Assembly: GCA_902566805.1 (NCBI GenBank)
Contig: CACFKJ010000001.1
Location: 7,325-71,324 of the forward strand
Direction: 5' to 3'
Source of the DNA: an uncultured Pelagibacteraceae bacterium
Lineage (GTDB): Bacteria > Pseudomonadota > Alphaproteobacteria > Pelagibacterales > Pelagibacteraceae
DNA: 64,000 nucleotides
Both the position numbers and the translations under genes were made by a program. Below, piece by piece: positions 31,939 through 41,725 of the stretch. Below the pieces are notes generated by a model. That model searched no databases. It had not been told where the DNA came from and was given only the letters and a program-made list of their open reading frames with translations. How positions within the stretch are numbered: position 1 is the stretch's first letter; every line of letters begins with the position of its first letter.

Positions 31939-32586
31939 ATGACAAATACTATTTTACCAAAGATACATAACGAAGGATATAAATTTATTGTTATTTTTGT
32001 AATAGCTACAATAATTTTATATTTTATTCATGGGTTTTTAGGATTTGTAGGTCTTATTTTAACAATATGGTGTTATTACTTTTTTAGAGATCCTGAAAGA
32101 GTTTCTATAGGTGATGATAATTATTTAACAAGCCCAGCAGATGGAGTTGTTCTTCAAGTTTTAGAAACAAATGGACCCAAGGAACTAGGTTTAGAAAGTA
32201 AAAAATTTACAAAGATTAGTATTTTCATGAACGTATTTGATTGTCACGTTAATCGTTCACCTTGCTCAGGTACAGTTGAGGAAATTACTTATGTACCAGG
32301 GAAATTTTTTAATGCTTCATTGGATAAAGCAAGCGAAGATAATGAGAGAAATTATTATAAAATAAAAAGTAGCAAAGGAGAAGAAATAGTAGTTGTTCAA
32401 ATAGCGGGATTAATTGCAAGAAGAATTGTAACCGAAACTTCTAAAAATTCGGAATTAAATCAAGGATCAAGAATAGGAATGATAAGGTTTGGAAGTAGAG
32501 CTGATTTGTATTTTGAAAACTATAGTCCTCTTGTTAAAGTAAATCAAAAAACCATAGCAGGGGAAACTTTGATAGCAAAAAAATAA
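31939..32586 (+). CDS. psd: Phosphatidylserine decarboxylase proenzyme
   Basis: FFRDPER, SPADG, HVNRSP, RFGS cleavage motif. Confidence 0.95.
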   Translation: MTNTILPKIHNEGYKFIVIFVIATIILYFIHGFLGFVGLILTIWCYYFFRDPERVSIGDDNYLTSPADGVVLQVLETNGPKELGLESKKFTKISIFMNVFDCHVNRSPCSGTVEEITYVPGKFFNASLDKASEDNERNYYKIKSSKGEEIVVVQIAGLIARRIVTETSKNSELNQGSRIGMIRFGSRADLYFENYSPLVKVNQKTIAGETLIAKK

Positions 32587-32595
32587 AAATATTTT

Positions 32596-33393
32596 ATGGA
32601 ACAGCAAAAGAAAAATTTTAAAATAGTAACTTCGAAAAGAACAAGAGTAATTCTACCAAATATTTTTACTCTTGTTGGAGTTTGCATAGGTTTAAGTTCA
32701 ATTAAATTTGCATTCGATGGAAGATTTGAAATTTCTATATTTGCCATAATTATTGCTGCTATAATAGATGGTCTAGATGGAAGAATAGCTAGATTAATTA
32801 AAGGCGCATCAAAGGTAGGAAAAGAGCTGGATTCACTTACAGATGTAATAAGTTTTGGAGTTGCTCCAGCTTTTATAATGTATTTCTGGAAATTAAATGA
32901 ATTAGGCAGAGTAGGTTGGTTAATATGTTTAATTTATGTAGTTTGTGTAGCTCTTAGACTTGCAAGATTTAATGTGACTTCAGAAGCAGAACCATCATGG
33001 AGAGATAATTTTTTTGAAGGTATTCCTTCACCAGCCGGTGGTGTTCTGGTTTTAATTCCACTTGTATATAGCTTTAGCGAATTGAATATTTTTAGATTGA
33101 ATTACAACTTAGTTGTACCAATATTTTTTATAATTATTTCAGTTTTATTGATTAGTAAAATTCCCACTTATTCGCTTAAAAAAATAGCGGTGCCAAGAAG
33201 AATGACAATTTTTTTATTATTTGGAATAGTATTATATTTTGGTCTTTTATTAATCTATACTTTGAATACTATAGTAATTTCAGGAATGGTATATCTATTA
33301 GTAATTCCAGCTAGCGCTTTTCATTATTACTATACTAAGAAAAAATTTAAGACACAATTTGATGATAATGAAGAAGACGAAGATATATTATAA
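32596..33393 (+). CDS. pssA: CDP-diacylglycerol--serine O-phosphatidyltransferase
   Basis: DGLDGRIAR..GKELDSLTD, LRLARFN, FEGIPSP; follows psd. Confidence 0.92.
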   Translation: MEQQKKNFKIVTSKRTRVILPNIFTLVGVCIGLSSIKFAFDGRFEISIFAIIIAAIIDGLDGRIARLIKGASKVGKELDSLTDVISFGVAPAFIMYFWKLNELGRVGWLICLIYVVCVALRLARFNVTSEAEPSWRDNFFEGIPSPAGGVLVLIPLVYSFSELNIFRLNYNLVVPIFFIIISVLLISKIPTYSLKKIAVPRRMTIFLLFGIVLYFGLLLIYTLNTIVISGMVYLLVIPASAFHYYYTKKKFKTQFDDNEEDEDIL

Positions 33394-34305
33394 ATGAAAA
33401 AAAATGTTATAGTTTCCTTAGCAGATGCTAATTATTTTGATTTATTATTAGAACTCGTTGAATCAATAAAAAGTTTTAAAGAAAGCTCTGAAGTTGCAAT
33501 TTGTATACTCGATGCAGGTTTAACAAAAGAACAGTTAGAAATTTTGTCAAAAAAAGTAGATGAAATAAAAAAAGCTGAATGGGATATAGATGTTCCAGGA
33601 TATAAAGTTATGGGAAAGGAATGGTTAAAAAGTCAGGTTTCAAGAGCTTTTCTTCCAAAGTATTTTCCAAATTACAATAAATATCTATGGATTGATTGTG
33701 ATGCATGGGTACAAGACTGGTCTTCTATAGATTTATATTTTAAAGCTTGTGAGAATGGAAAGCTTGGCATTACTCAAACTATGGGTCCTGGTTATAAAAT
33801 AATGTCAAAAGTTAAATGGATATTCGGTAAAATAGCATTAATAAAGTCTCAAAATTTTAAGCATGCAATAAAATCAAAAATAGCATTGAACGAAGCTAGA
33901 AAACTAGCCTTTGCACCTCATATAAATATCGGAGTTTTTTCATTGGAGAAAGATTCTTTATGTTGGAGTAATTGGCAAAATAATTTAACAAAAACACTTA
34001 GCTCAGGACAAGTTTTTGGATCTGAAGGACTTGCAATAAATATGAGTGTTTATATTGATGAGATTGACACAGAATTTTTACCTTTAAATTGTAATTGGAT
34101 CGCAAGTAATTTGCTGCCAAAATTTAGCGAGTCTACAAATGCCTTTGTAGAACCTTATCTCCCTAACCACAAAATAGGAATAATGCATCTGGCAGCAGGC
34201 CTTTGGAAAGATGGAAAAGATATGAGAGTTAACAAAGATATCAAAATTGAAATAAAGACATTAGAAGATAAAACTATATTAAAAAGCTTAAGATATTTAA
34301 ATTAG
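33394..34305 (+). CDS. Glycosyltransferase, GT-A fold (GT8-like)
   Basis: ADANY, ILDAGL, YLWIDCD (DxD), NIGVF, IMHLA. Confidence 0.75.
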   Translation: MKKNVIVSLADANYFDLLLELVESIKSFKESSEVAICILDAGLTKEQLEILSKKVDEIKKAEWDIDVPGYKVMGKEWLKSQVSRAFLPKYFPNYNKYLWIDCDAWVQDWSSIDLYFKACENGKLGITQTMGPGYKIMSKVKWIFGKIALIKSQNFKHAIKSKIALNEARKLAFAPHINIGVFSLEKDSLCWSNWQNNLTKTLSSGQVFGSEGLAINMSVYIDEIDTEFLPLNCNWIASNLLPKFSESTNAFVEPYLPNHKIGIMHLAAGLWKDGKDMRVNKDIKIEIKTLEDKTILKSLRYLN

Positions 34306-34917
34306 TTGAAAAAAAATAAAATTTCAAAAAACTGGATCAATAAACAAAGACGAGATATTTATGTTAGAAAGTCAAAAATAGAAGGATACAGATCTAGAGC
34401 AGTATACAAGTTAGAGGAAATTAATAATAAATTTAAATTTTTAAAAAATGGATTATCTGTAGTTGACCTTGGAGCAGCACCTGGAAGTTGGTCACAGTTC
34501 ATGAGTAAAAACTATAAAAATATGAAAATTTTAGCAATTGATTTAAAAAAAATAGATAAAATAGATAATATATTTCAATTAAAGGGAGATTTTACAGAAA
34601 AAGATAATCAAAAAAAAATCAAAGAATATTTCAATGATAAAGTTGATCTAGTAGTTTCAGATATGGCAGCGAATACATCAGGAAATAAAAACTTAGATTC
34701 AATTGTAACTGGAGAACTTTGTCTCCAAGCTTTAGAATTTACAAAAAATATTATTAAAAAAGATGGACAATTTGTCTCAAAACTATTTATGGGAACGACA
34801 TTTAATGAAATAGTTAAATATTCGAAAGAAATTTTTGAAGAAATAAATATATTTAAGCCACCTGCAAGCAGAAAAGACTCTAAAGAGAATTTTCTTGTAT
34901 GTAAAAAGTTGAGATAG
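34306..34917 (+). CDS. rlmE: 23S rRNA Um2552 methyltransferase
   Basis: YRSRAVYKL, DLGAAPGSW, SDMA, KPPASRKDSKE; TTG start. Confidence 0.95.
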   Translation: MKKNKISKNWINKQRRDIYVRKSKIEGYRSRAVYKLEEINNKFKFLKNGLSVVDLGAAPGSWSQFMSKNYKNMKILAIDLKKIDKIDNIFQLKGDFTEKDNQKKIKEYFNDKVDLVVSDMAANTSGNKNLDSIVTGELCLQALEFTKNIIKKDGQFVSKLFMGTTFNEIVKYSKEIFEEINIFKPPASRKDSKENFLVCKKLR

Positions 34918-34971
34918 ATTTAATTAAACATTATTATAAATATATAATAAACTATACATTTAAAAATAAAT

Positions 34972-35403
34972 ATGAAATTTAGCTTAAAAATACTTCTAAT
35001 AATTTTCTTAATTTTTTCGGCACAAGCTTCAGAAAAAGATAATTTTTTTGATGAAGCAAAAAAAATGTTTGAAAATAAGAAATATGATGAATCTAAATTT
35101 CTATTTCAAAGAGACATAGTTTTTAATCCTAAGAATTCTTCTTCTTATTATTTTTTAGCAAAAATCTTTGAAATAGAGGAAAATGAAACTGAAACTGAAA
35201 AAAACTTAAATACTGCTTTGCTTTTAGAACCAGGAAATGAAAAAGCCTTATACATGTTGATAAATATTAAATTAAAAAAATCTGATTTTTCTAAAGTCAA
35301 AGAATTATCAGATGATTTTAAGATTATATGCTCAACTCTATGTGATAAAATAAGTTCAATAAATGAAAGATTAAAAGATTTCCAAGAGAAAAATGAATCT
35401 TAA
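34972..35403 (+). CDS. Exported TPR-repeat protein
   Basis: Signal peptide, TPR-like helices (FNPKNSSSYYFLA, LEPGNEKALY). Confidence 0.7.
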   Translation: MKFSLKILLIIFLIFSAQASEKDNFFDEAKKMFENKKYDESKFLFQRDIVFNPKNSSSYYFLAKIFEIEENETETEKNLNTALLLEPGNEKALYMLINIKLKKSDFSKVKELSDDFKIICSTLCDKISSINERLKDFQEKNES

Positions 35404-35457
35404 ATCGTTAAGTTTATTTTATAAGACCTAAAATGATAAGTACAATTTTGTTTGGTT

Positions 35458-36234
35458 ATGATATCGAAAATAAAAAGAATTCTTTTAAAAAAAAATAAAT
35501 CAAAAATTATTTGTTTAACATCTTATTCAAAAAATTTTGCTTCAATTGTCGACAAGTATTCAGATATAATTTTAGTCGGAGATTCTCTTGGATCTGTTTT
35601 ATATAATTATAATTCAACTAGACATGTAACGCTTAAAAATATGATTGATCATTCTAAAAGTGTGAGAATGGGTGTTAGTAAAAGTTTAATGGTAGTTGAT
35701 ATGCCTTATAAATCTTACAGCAACAAATCAGAAGCTCTAAAAAATGCTAAAAAAATTATTAAATATACTAAATGTGATGCAGTTAAGCTTGAGGGAGGTC
35801 AAAAAATTAAAAATATTGTAAAACATTTAATTAAAAATAAAGTTTCTGTGATGGGACATCTGGGTATTTTACCACAAAGTATGGTAGGAAAATTTAAGTC
35901 TAAAGGTAAAACTGAAAAAGAAAAAAATACGCTTATTAAAGACTCTAAAATTTTGGAGTCGCTGGGTGTCTTTGCAATAGTTTTGGAATGTGTAAATTCA
36001 AATACAGCAAAAAAAATAACTAATTCCATAAAAATTCCAACAATTGGAATAGGATCTTCTTTTCACTGCGATGGTCAAATTCTTGTAACAGATGATTTAC
36101 TTGGTTTGAATGAAACTAAAATCAAATTTGTTAAAAAGTTTATAAATATTCGCAAAAATATAGAACAGGGTATTAAAAAATTTAAATTTGAGGTAATTAA
36201 CAAAAAATATCCATCAAAAAAATATTCTTACTAA
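35458..36234 (+). CDS. panB: 3-methyl-2-oxobutanoate hydroxymethyltransferase
   Basis: LVGDSLG, VDMP, VKLEGG, GHLGILPQ, IGIG..DGQILV. Confidence 0.95.
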   Translation: MISKIKRILLKKNKSKIICLTSYSKNFASIVDKYSDIILVGDSLGSVLYNYNSTRHVTLKNMIDHSKSVRMGVSKSLMVVDMPYKSYSNKSEALKNAKKIIKYTKCDAVKLEGGQKIKNIVKHLIKNKVSVMGHLGILPQSMVGKFKSKGKTEKEKNTLIKDSKILESLGVFAIVLECVNSNTAKKITNSIKIPTIGIGSSFHCDGQILVTDDLLGLNETKIKFVKKFINIRKNIEQGIKKFKFEVINKKYPSKKYSY

Positions 36235-36842
36235 AAGAATTTTTTAAATCCTTCATTAATTTCAATAATATTTAAATCATTTAATCCACCAATAATTAGT
36301 TGAAGAGCTACTATTAAAATTACAAAAAGACCTAAATAACCAAACCATTGATGTTTTTTTATTTGTTCTGCAAAATATCTTGCTAGAGTGACTACAAGAG
36401 CAACTGATAAAACTAAACCAAAAATCATTAAATTAAAATTGTCTTTTGCTGCGGCTACAACACCTATAACATTATCGAAACTTAAAGTAATATCGGCAAA
36501 CAGAACTTTATAAACACTTTGAATATAAGAAGGTTCTTTTGATACTTTAGTTGGTGATTTAATTTTTTTTAAATTGAATAAATCACGTCTTAAGTCGTTT
36601 ACAATCCAAATTAAAAGTAAACCTCCTAAAATTTTAACATAAGCAAAACCAAATAAGTATGATGCAAAAAAAGCAAATATAATTCTGAATATTAATGCTC
36701 CGCAAACTCCCCATAGTATTATTTGATTTCTATGTTTCGGAGCAAAGTTTGCAGCTATCATTCCGATTATAATGGCATTATCTGCTGCCATTATTACATC
36801 AATAAATATAATTTGTATTAAGACTATAGATTGTTCAAACAA
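36231..36842 (-). CDS. TerC/YjbE family membrane protein
   Basis: DVIMAADNAIII, ADITLSFDNVIGV; TTG start. Confidence 0.85.
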   Translation of the reverse strand: MFEQSIVLIQIIFIDVIMAADNAIIIGMIAANFAPKHRNQIILWGVCGALIFRIIFAFFASYLFGFAYVKILGGLLLIWIVNDLRRDLFNLKKIKSPTKVSKEPSYIQSVYKVLFADITLSFDNVIGVVAAAKDNFNLMIFGLVLSVALVVTLARYFAEQIKKHQWFGYLGLFVILIVALQLIIGGLNDLNIIEINEGFKKFF

Positions 36843-37016
36843 AATATTTTCATTTTATATAATATTTTTTCATTTTCAATAATTACTATCCAAAATGAGC
36901 CTTTTTAGCCCTACAAATAAACTCTTTTAAAGATTACAACAAAATGATTGTTTTAAAAATATATATTCAAACTATCGTTAACCTTATGTTTAATTTTTAA
37001 ACAGAAGGGAACAATA

Positions 37017-38468
37017 ATGAGTAAATCTAAAAAATTATACAATAAAGATTTAGCTCCAACTCCTAGTTCACAAAAAAAATGGGGATGGTTCGAAATTTTT
37101 AACGTATGGGCAAATGATGTTCAAAGTTTATTCGGATATACTTTAGCAGCATCATTATTTCTTGCGTCAGGTTTAAACGGTTGGGCTGTATTTCTTGCAT
37201 TGATACTAGCTGGATTTTTTATAATGTGGTTAGTGAATCTTTCAGGATCACCAAGTGTTAAACATGGAATTCCATACCCAGTATTTGCTAGAGTTAGTAT
37301 GGGTGTTTTTGGAGCCAATTTTCCTGCAATGGCAAGAGGACTTGTTGCAATGTTTTGGTATGGAGCACAAACGTATGCTGCCTCAACAGCTGTAGCACTA
37401 TTAATAACAGGATTAACAGGTAATGAAGGTGAAGTAATGTTTTTAGGAATGACTGGAGTAATGTGGGTGTCATTCATATTTGTTTCTGCTTTCCAAGTTT
37501 ACTTGTTTTGGCAAGGTATTGATTTAGTAAAAAGATTTCTAAACTTTGCTGGTCCTGCAGTATATGTAGTAATGGTTCTTTTGATGCTAGTAATATGGTC
37601 AAAAGCAGGTGGCAATCTTTTATCTGAAGTAGGAAATATTTTTTCAGGCGGTGAACGTTCAGGTGGTTTCGAAGGCTTAGGATCATTTGGTGCATTCTTG
37701 GCAGTATTTTCGATTATGGTTGGATATTTTGCTGCAGTAGTAATTAACTTTGGTGACTTTGCAAGGTTTGTTAAAAATGAAAAAGAGATGAAGAAAGGTA
37801 ATCTATGGGGATTAGTAGGTAACGTAGTTTTCTTCTCTTTTATAACTTTAATGATCACTGGAGGAACAATTTCTATATTTGGAGAATATGTAGCAAATCC
37901 TACAGATATGGTAGCTAGAGTTGATAACTTAGGATTAACTGTTATTGCAGCATTTGCATTTTTTGCAGCAACAGTTGGTATTAATATGGTTGCAAACTTT
38001 ATACCTCCTGCGTACGATCTAGCTAACTTAATGCCAAGTAAAATTAATTTTAGAACAGGTGGTTTAATTACTGCAGGTTGTGGATTTATAGTTGGTGGAT
38101 TATGGGTTTCAGTAATTACTCAAATGGGAATATTTCCATTTGTAAATACTCTAGGAGCAATTCTTGCACCAGTTTTTGGTATTATGATTACTGATTACTA
38201 TATCATCAAAAAAGAAAAACTTAGCGTAAGTGATTTATTTTCTGACTCTCCTAGAGGTAAATATCATTACGAAGGTGGCTTTAACAAAAAAGGAATGATA
38301 GCTTGGATACTTTCAGGTTACATTGCTGTAGGTAGTGTTTGGCCAAATATTCTTTTCTTGGGATTAGGAGACTTCTTTGCCAATTTAGGTGGAGGAGGAG
38401 GATATGCTTGGATAATAGGTGCTGCATTAGGAGCTGTTATTCATTTAGCAATATCTAATAGAAATTAA
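37017..38468 (+). CDS. NCS1 nucleobase/allantoin:cation symporter
   Basis: About 12 TM, HGIPYPVFAR..FG, NFGDFARF, NMVAN; adjacent to allantoin genes; strong RBS. Confidence 0.9.
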   Translation: MSKSKKLYNKDLAPTPSSQKKWGWFEIFNVWANDVQSLFGYTLAASLFLASGLNGWAVFLALILAGFFIMWLVNLSGSPSVKHGIPYPVFARVSMGVFGANFPAMARGLVAMFWYGAQTYAASTAVALLITGLTGNEGEVMFLGMTGVMWVSFIFVSAFQVYLFWQGIDLVKRFLNFAGPAVYVVMVLLMLVIWSKAGGNLLSEVGNIFSGGERSGGFEGLGSFGAFLAVFSIMVGYFAAVVINFGDFARFVKNEKEMKKGNLWGLVGNVVFFSFITLMITGGTISIFGEYVANPTDMVARVDNLGLTVIAAFAFFAATVGINMVANFIPPAYDLANLMPSKINFRTGGLITAGCGFIVGGLWVSVITQMGIFPFVNTLGAILAPVFGIMITDYYIIKKEKLSVSDLFSDSPRGKYHYEGGFNKKGMIAWILSGYIAVGSVWPNILFLGLGDFFANLGGGGGYAWIIGAALGAVIHLAISNRN

Positions 38469-38490
38469 TAAAACATTTAATTTAAAATAT

Positions 38491-38521
38491 AAGACCCGTC
38501 GCTTTTACAGCGGCGGGTTTT
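38491..38521. terminator. Terminator hairpin between convergent NCS1 and allA
   Basis: AAGACCCGTCGCT-tttac-AGCGGCGGGTTTT. Confidence 0.8.
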
Positions 38522-39014
38522 AAAAATTTAGAATAATTTCCTCTTTATCTAATTCTTCGATAACTAAATTGTTTCCAGGTCCTTTTCTATCTACAACAAG
38601 AAAATTCATATTCTCTGTAGAAATCAAAGGAAAATGCCAAGTACCTGGATTATAATTCACTCCTAAACCTTTTGGAATTACAAAGGATTCAATCTTGTTT
38701 AAATCTGGCTTGTCACCCTGTGGTGCCACAAGAACTATAAATGTAGTTTCTTTCATTGGTATGAATGCTTGACTTCCAAGAGGATGTTTTTCCATCATAT
38801 CAATTTTCATTGGGAATGTTCGTTTAATAGCAGAAAAAATGCTAATTGTAGTTTCTCCATTATCATTTTTAGTGTCTAAATTTGCTATATTATCATATCT
38901 TTTTGCGTAACCATTATTAATACCAATCGGTTTCAAACCATTTGTTGAAATAATATCACCAAATTTTAAAAAATTTTTATTATTTATTTCAATTGGTGTT
39001 ATATTTTTTTTCAT
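38520..39014 (-). CDS. allA: Ureidoglycolate lyase
   Basis: FGDII, MMEKHPLGSQAFIP, GVNYNPGTWH, VVDRKG..NL. Confidence 0.93.
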   Translation of the reverse strand: MKKNITPIEINNKNFLKFGDIISTNGLKPIGINNGYAKRYDNIANLDTKNDNGETTISIFSAIKRTFPMKIDMMEKHPLGSQAFIPMKETTFIVLVAPQGDKPDLNKIESFVIPKGLGVNYNPGTWHFPLISTENMNFLVVDRKGPGNNLVIEELDKEEIILNF

Positions 39015-40006
39015 TTATCAACCTTACCAAATAATCTTACTCTAGAAATCCCACCATCTGGGAAAATATTTATTTTAATAAAATTTATTTTTTTATTTCT
39101 CATAAATTTATTTTTAAAATTGTGCTTTCTATTTGCGTATAATTTTGATTTATTTATAAGAAAATTCCAATTTTTAGATTTATTAATAAGATTTTTGTTA
39201 GATATGCTTTTATCAATATAAGCCGCTTGAATAGAGCATTTATCAGGAAAATTCCCTTTAAAATGATGAGTATCAATTTGTATTTTATTTATTTTTCCTG
39301 GCGCAGCACATTTAATTATTAACCAATCAAAATTTTTTCCTCTGCTTCTCCTTGTTTCCCAACCATCGCCCATATTTTTTCCTATTCCTGGAGCCAATAT
39401 ATTTTCAGCTCTTCCAAAATGCTCATCGTTACATACTATTGGAACTGCTCCATTTAAAACCGAGGTAAGGTTTACAATATTTTTTCCAAACTTTTTATTT
39501 AGTTTCATAGATCCATAAACTCTTAGTCTTGCAACACCTCCGTCTGGAAAAATATTTAATTTTAGATGAGAAAATATATTTTTATTTTTTACATTAAAAA
39601 AATGATGACTATTTGCTCTTGTAGTAGATTTTTTAACAATAGTGGTCCACTTCGTCTTTTTATTAAAAATATTTTTTTTGCTAAAACAAGCGTCTATAGA
39701 AATCTTAGAAGGATGATTTCCTGAAAAATATGATGTATCCACATCTATTTTGTGTATTCTTCCTGGTTTTCCAAGTTTTAAAATTAAATAATCGTGACCT
39801 TTGCCTCTTTTTCTTCTAGTTTCCCATCCATCCATCCATTTTCCATTCTTATCAAATACACCTTCTTTAAAAATTGGTGGCCATGGATTGATAATTCTTC
39901 TAGCAGGAGCAAAAAATTCATCAGTTTTATATATTATTTTTGAACCTAATCGTGATTGAGCAAGATCAATTAATCCATTTAAAAAAACATTTTTTTTTTT
40001 AATCAT
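39011..40006 (-). CDS. alc: Allantoicase
   Basis: Two repeats of DGWETRR..IFPDGG(V/I)(A/S)R. Confidence 0.95.
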   Translation of the reverse strand: MIKKKNVFLNGLIDLAQSRLGSKIIYKTDEFFAPARRIINPWPPIFKEGVFDKNGKWMDGWETRRKRGKGHDYLILKLGKPGRIHKIDVDTSYFSGNHPSKISIDACFSKKNIFNKKTKWTTIVKKSTTRANSHHFFNVKNKNIFSHLKLNIFPDGGVARLRVYGSMKLNKKFGKNIVNLTSVLNGAVPIVCNDEHFGRAENILAPGIGKNMGDGWETRRSRGKNFDWLIIKCAAPGKINKIQIDTHHFKGNFPDKCSIQAAYIDKSISNKNLINKSKNWNFLINKSKLYANRKHNFKNKFMRNKKINFIKINIFPDGGISRVRLFGKVDK

Positions 40007-40012
40007 TTTAAT

Positions 40013-40921
40013 TTAAATATTTGAGTAATTTTTTATCCAATGCTTAGCAATATCTACTCTTTTGCAAATCCAAACATTTTTTTTAAATTTTAAAACATAA
40101 TTTAAAAATTTTTTAAGTGATTGAATTCTTCCTGGTCTTCCTATTAATCTACAGTGCAATCCTACAGACATCATCTTAGGACTGCTTTTTCCTTCTTCGT
40201 ACAGAGCATCAAAACTATCCTTTAGGTAATTATAAAACTGTTCACCGCTGTTAAATCCTTGGTTTGTTGCAAATCTCATATCATTATTATCTAAAGTATA
40301 AGGAATAATTAACTGTTTTTTTTTGTTTCTATATTCCCAGTATGGTAAATCATCACTGTAAGAATCACTATCATACAGAAATCCACCTTCATTTATTACA
40401 AGATCTCTTGTATTGGGACTGCATCTTCCAGTATACCAACCTAACGGTCTTTGTCCAAAAATTTTTTTTATTATTTTTATTGAAAGTTGCATATGTTTTT
40501 TCTCAGTAGATTTTTTAATATTTTGATAATCTATCCATCTCCATCCATGTGATGCAACTTCGTAATTACCATTTTTAATTGCTTTACAAATTTCTGGGTT
40601 TCTCTCTAAGGCCATAGCCACTCCGAATATAGTTATTGGAATTTTTTTTTCTTTGAATAATTTATGAAGTCTCCAAAAACCTCTTCTTGATCCATATTCA
40701 TAAATTGACTCCATATTTATATGCCTTCCTTTTATTGGTTTGGCACCAATTATTTCAGAGAGAAATGATTCAGAGTATTTATCTCCATGCAATACGCAAT
40801 TCTCAGCTCCCTCCTCGTAGTTAAGTACTATTTGTAATGCAAGCCTTGCTTTATTTGGCCAAACAACTTTAAAGTTTTTTGAACCATAGCCAATTATATT
40901 TCTTGGATAATTTTTTGGCAT
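40013..40921 (-). CDS. puuE: Allantoinase PuuE (polysaccharide deacetylase fold)
   Basis: NYEEGAE..HGD..SE, ESIYEYGSR, HGWRW, GWYTGR, GLHCRLIGRPGR. Confidence 0.94.
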   Translation of the reverse strand: MPKNYPRNIIGYGSKNFKVVWPNKARLALQIVLNYEEGAENCVLHGDKYSESFLSEIIGAKPIKGRHINMESIYEYGSRRGFWRLHKLFKEKKIPITIFGVAMALERNPEICKAIKNGNYEVASHGWRWIDYQNIKKSTEKKHMQLSIKIIKKIFGQRPLGWYTGRCSPNTRDLVINEGGFLYDSDSYSDDLPYWEYRNKKKQLIIPYTLDNNDMRFATNQGFNSGEQFYNYLKDSFDALYEEGKSSPKMMSVGLHCRLIGRPGRIQSLKKFLNYVLKFKKNVWICKRVDIAKHWIKNYSNI

Positions 40922-40923
40922 TA

Positions 40924-41697
40924 TTATTTAAATTTTTTCATTTTATTTAACGGTTTTAGTTCGAGCTTGTTAGATACAAGAGTTTGTTTAATAGATCTTG
41001 CAGTTGCAAGAGAACTTTTATTATCTCCATGTATACAAATTGAGTCAATTTCACAAGGAATTTGTTTTCCTGAAAGACAGTTTAGTGCTTGATTCTGAAC
41101 CATCTTTAAAACGTGCAATTTACATATATCTGGATCAACAATAAGAGCGTTGTCTTTTTTCCTTGATACCAAATTTCCGTCGTCTTCATAATTTCTATCT
41201 GCAAAAATTTCACACGCTACTTTCATTTCCAGTTTATTTGCAGCTTGTTGCATTTTGGATCCTGTTGGCACCAAATAGATTAAATCTTTATTAATTCCTT
41301 TTATTGTCTCTGCAATAGTTGTTGCAAGCTCAATGTCTTCACATGCCATATTATTTAGAGCACCGTGTGGTTTAATATGAGTGACATTTTCACCATTATT
41401 TGACGCTATTTTTTGTAAAATTTCATATTGATCTATTATTAATCTTTTTATTTCATCTGAACTTAAATTCATTCTTTTTCTTCCAAAGTTATCAGGATCT
41501 TTAAAAGATGGGTGAGCCCCTATACTTACTCCGTTATGCTTTGATATTTTAATGACTTCTTTCATAGTGTCTTCGTCACCCGCATGATATCCACAGGCCA
41601 CGCTGGCAGAATTAACTATTCCTAGTAATTCAGGGTCATTTTTATTTGAGTGCAATTTAGATTTTTCACCTAAATCACAATTGATATTAATTTCCAT
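40924..41697 (-). CDS. pxpA: 5-oxoprolinase subunit A (LamB/YcsF)
   Basis: NCDLGE, ACGYHAGD, GAHPS, HIKPHGAL, EIFADR, CIHGD; ATG 41697 preferred. Confidence 0.9.
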   Translation of the reverse strand: MEININCDLGEKSKLHSNKNDPELLGIVNSASVACGYHAGDEDTMKEVIKISKHNGVSIGAHPSFKDPDNFGRKRMNLSSDEIKRLIIDQYEILQKIASNNGENVTHIKPHGALNNMACEDIELATTIAETIKGINKDLIYLVPTGSKMQQAANKLEMKVACEIFADRNYEDDGNLVSRKKDNALIVDPDICKLHVLKMVQNQALNCLSGKQIPCEIDSICIHGDNKSSLATARSIKQTLVSNKLELKPLNKMKKFK

Positions 41698-41725
41698 ATT
41701 ATTAATACTACTAGTATAACATGTC

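Noticed and set aside
36843-36880. Imperfect direct repeat AATATTTT(TT)CATTTT upstream of the TerC-family gene
   Set aside because: Low-complexity AT sequence; could arise by chance at this base composition
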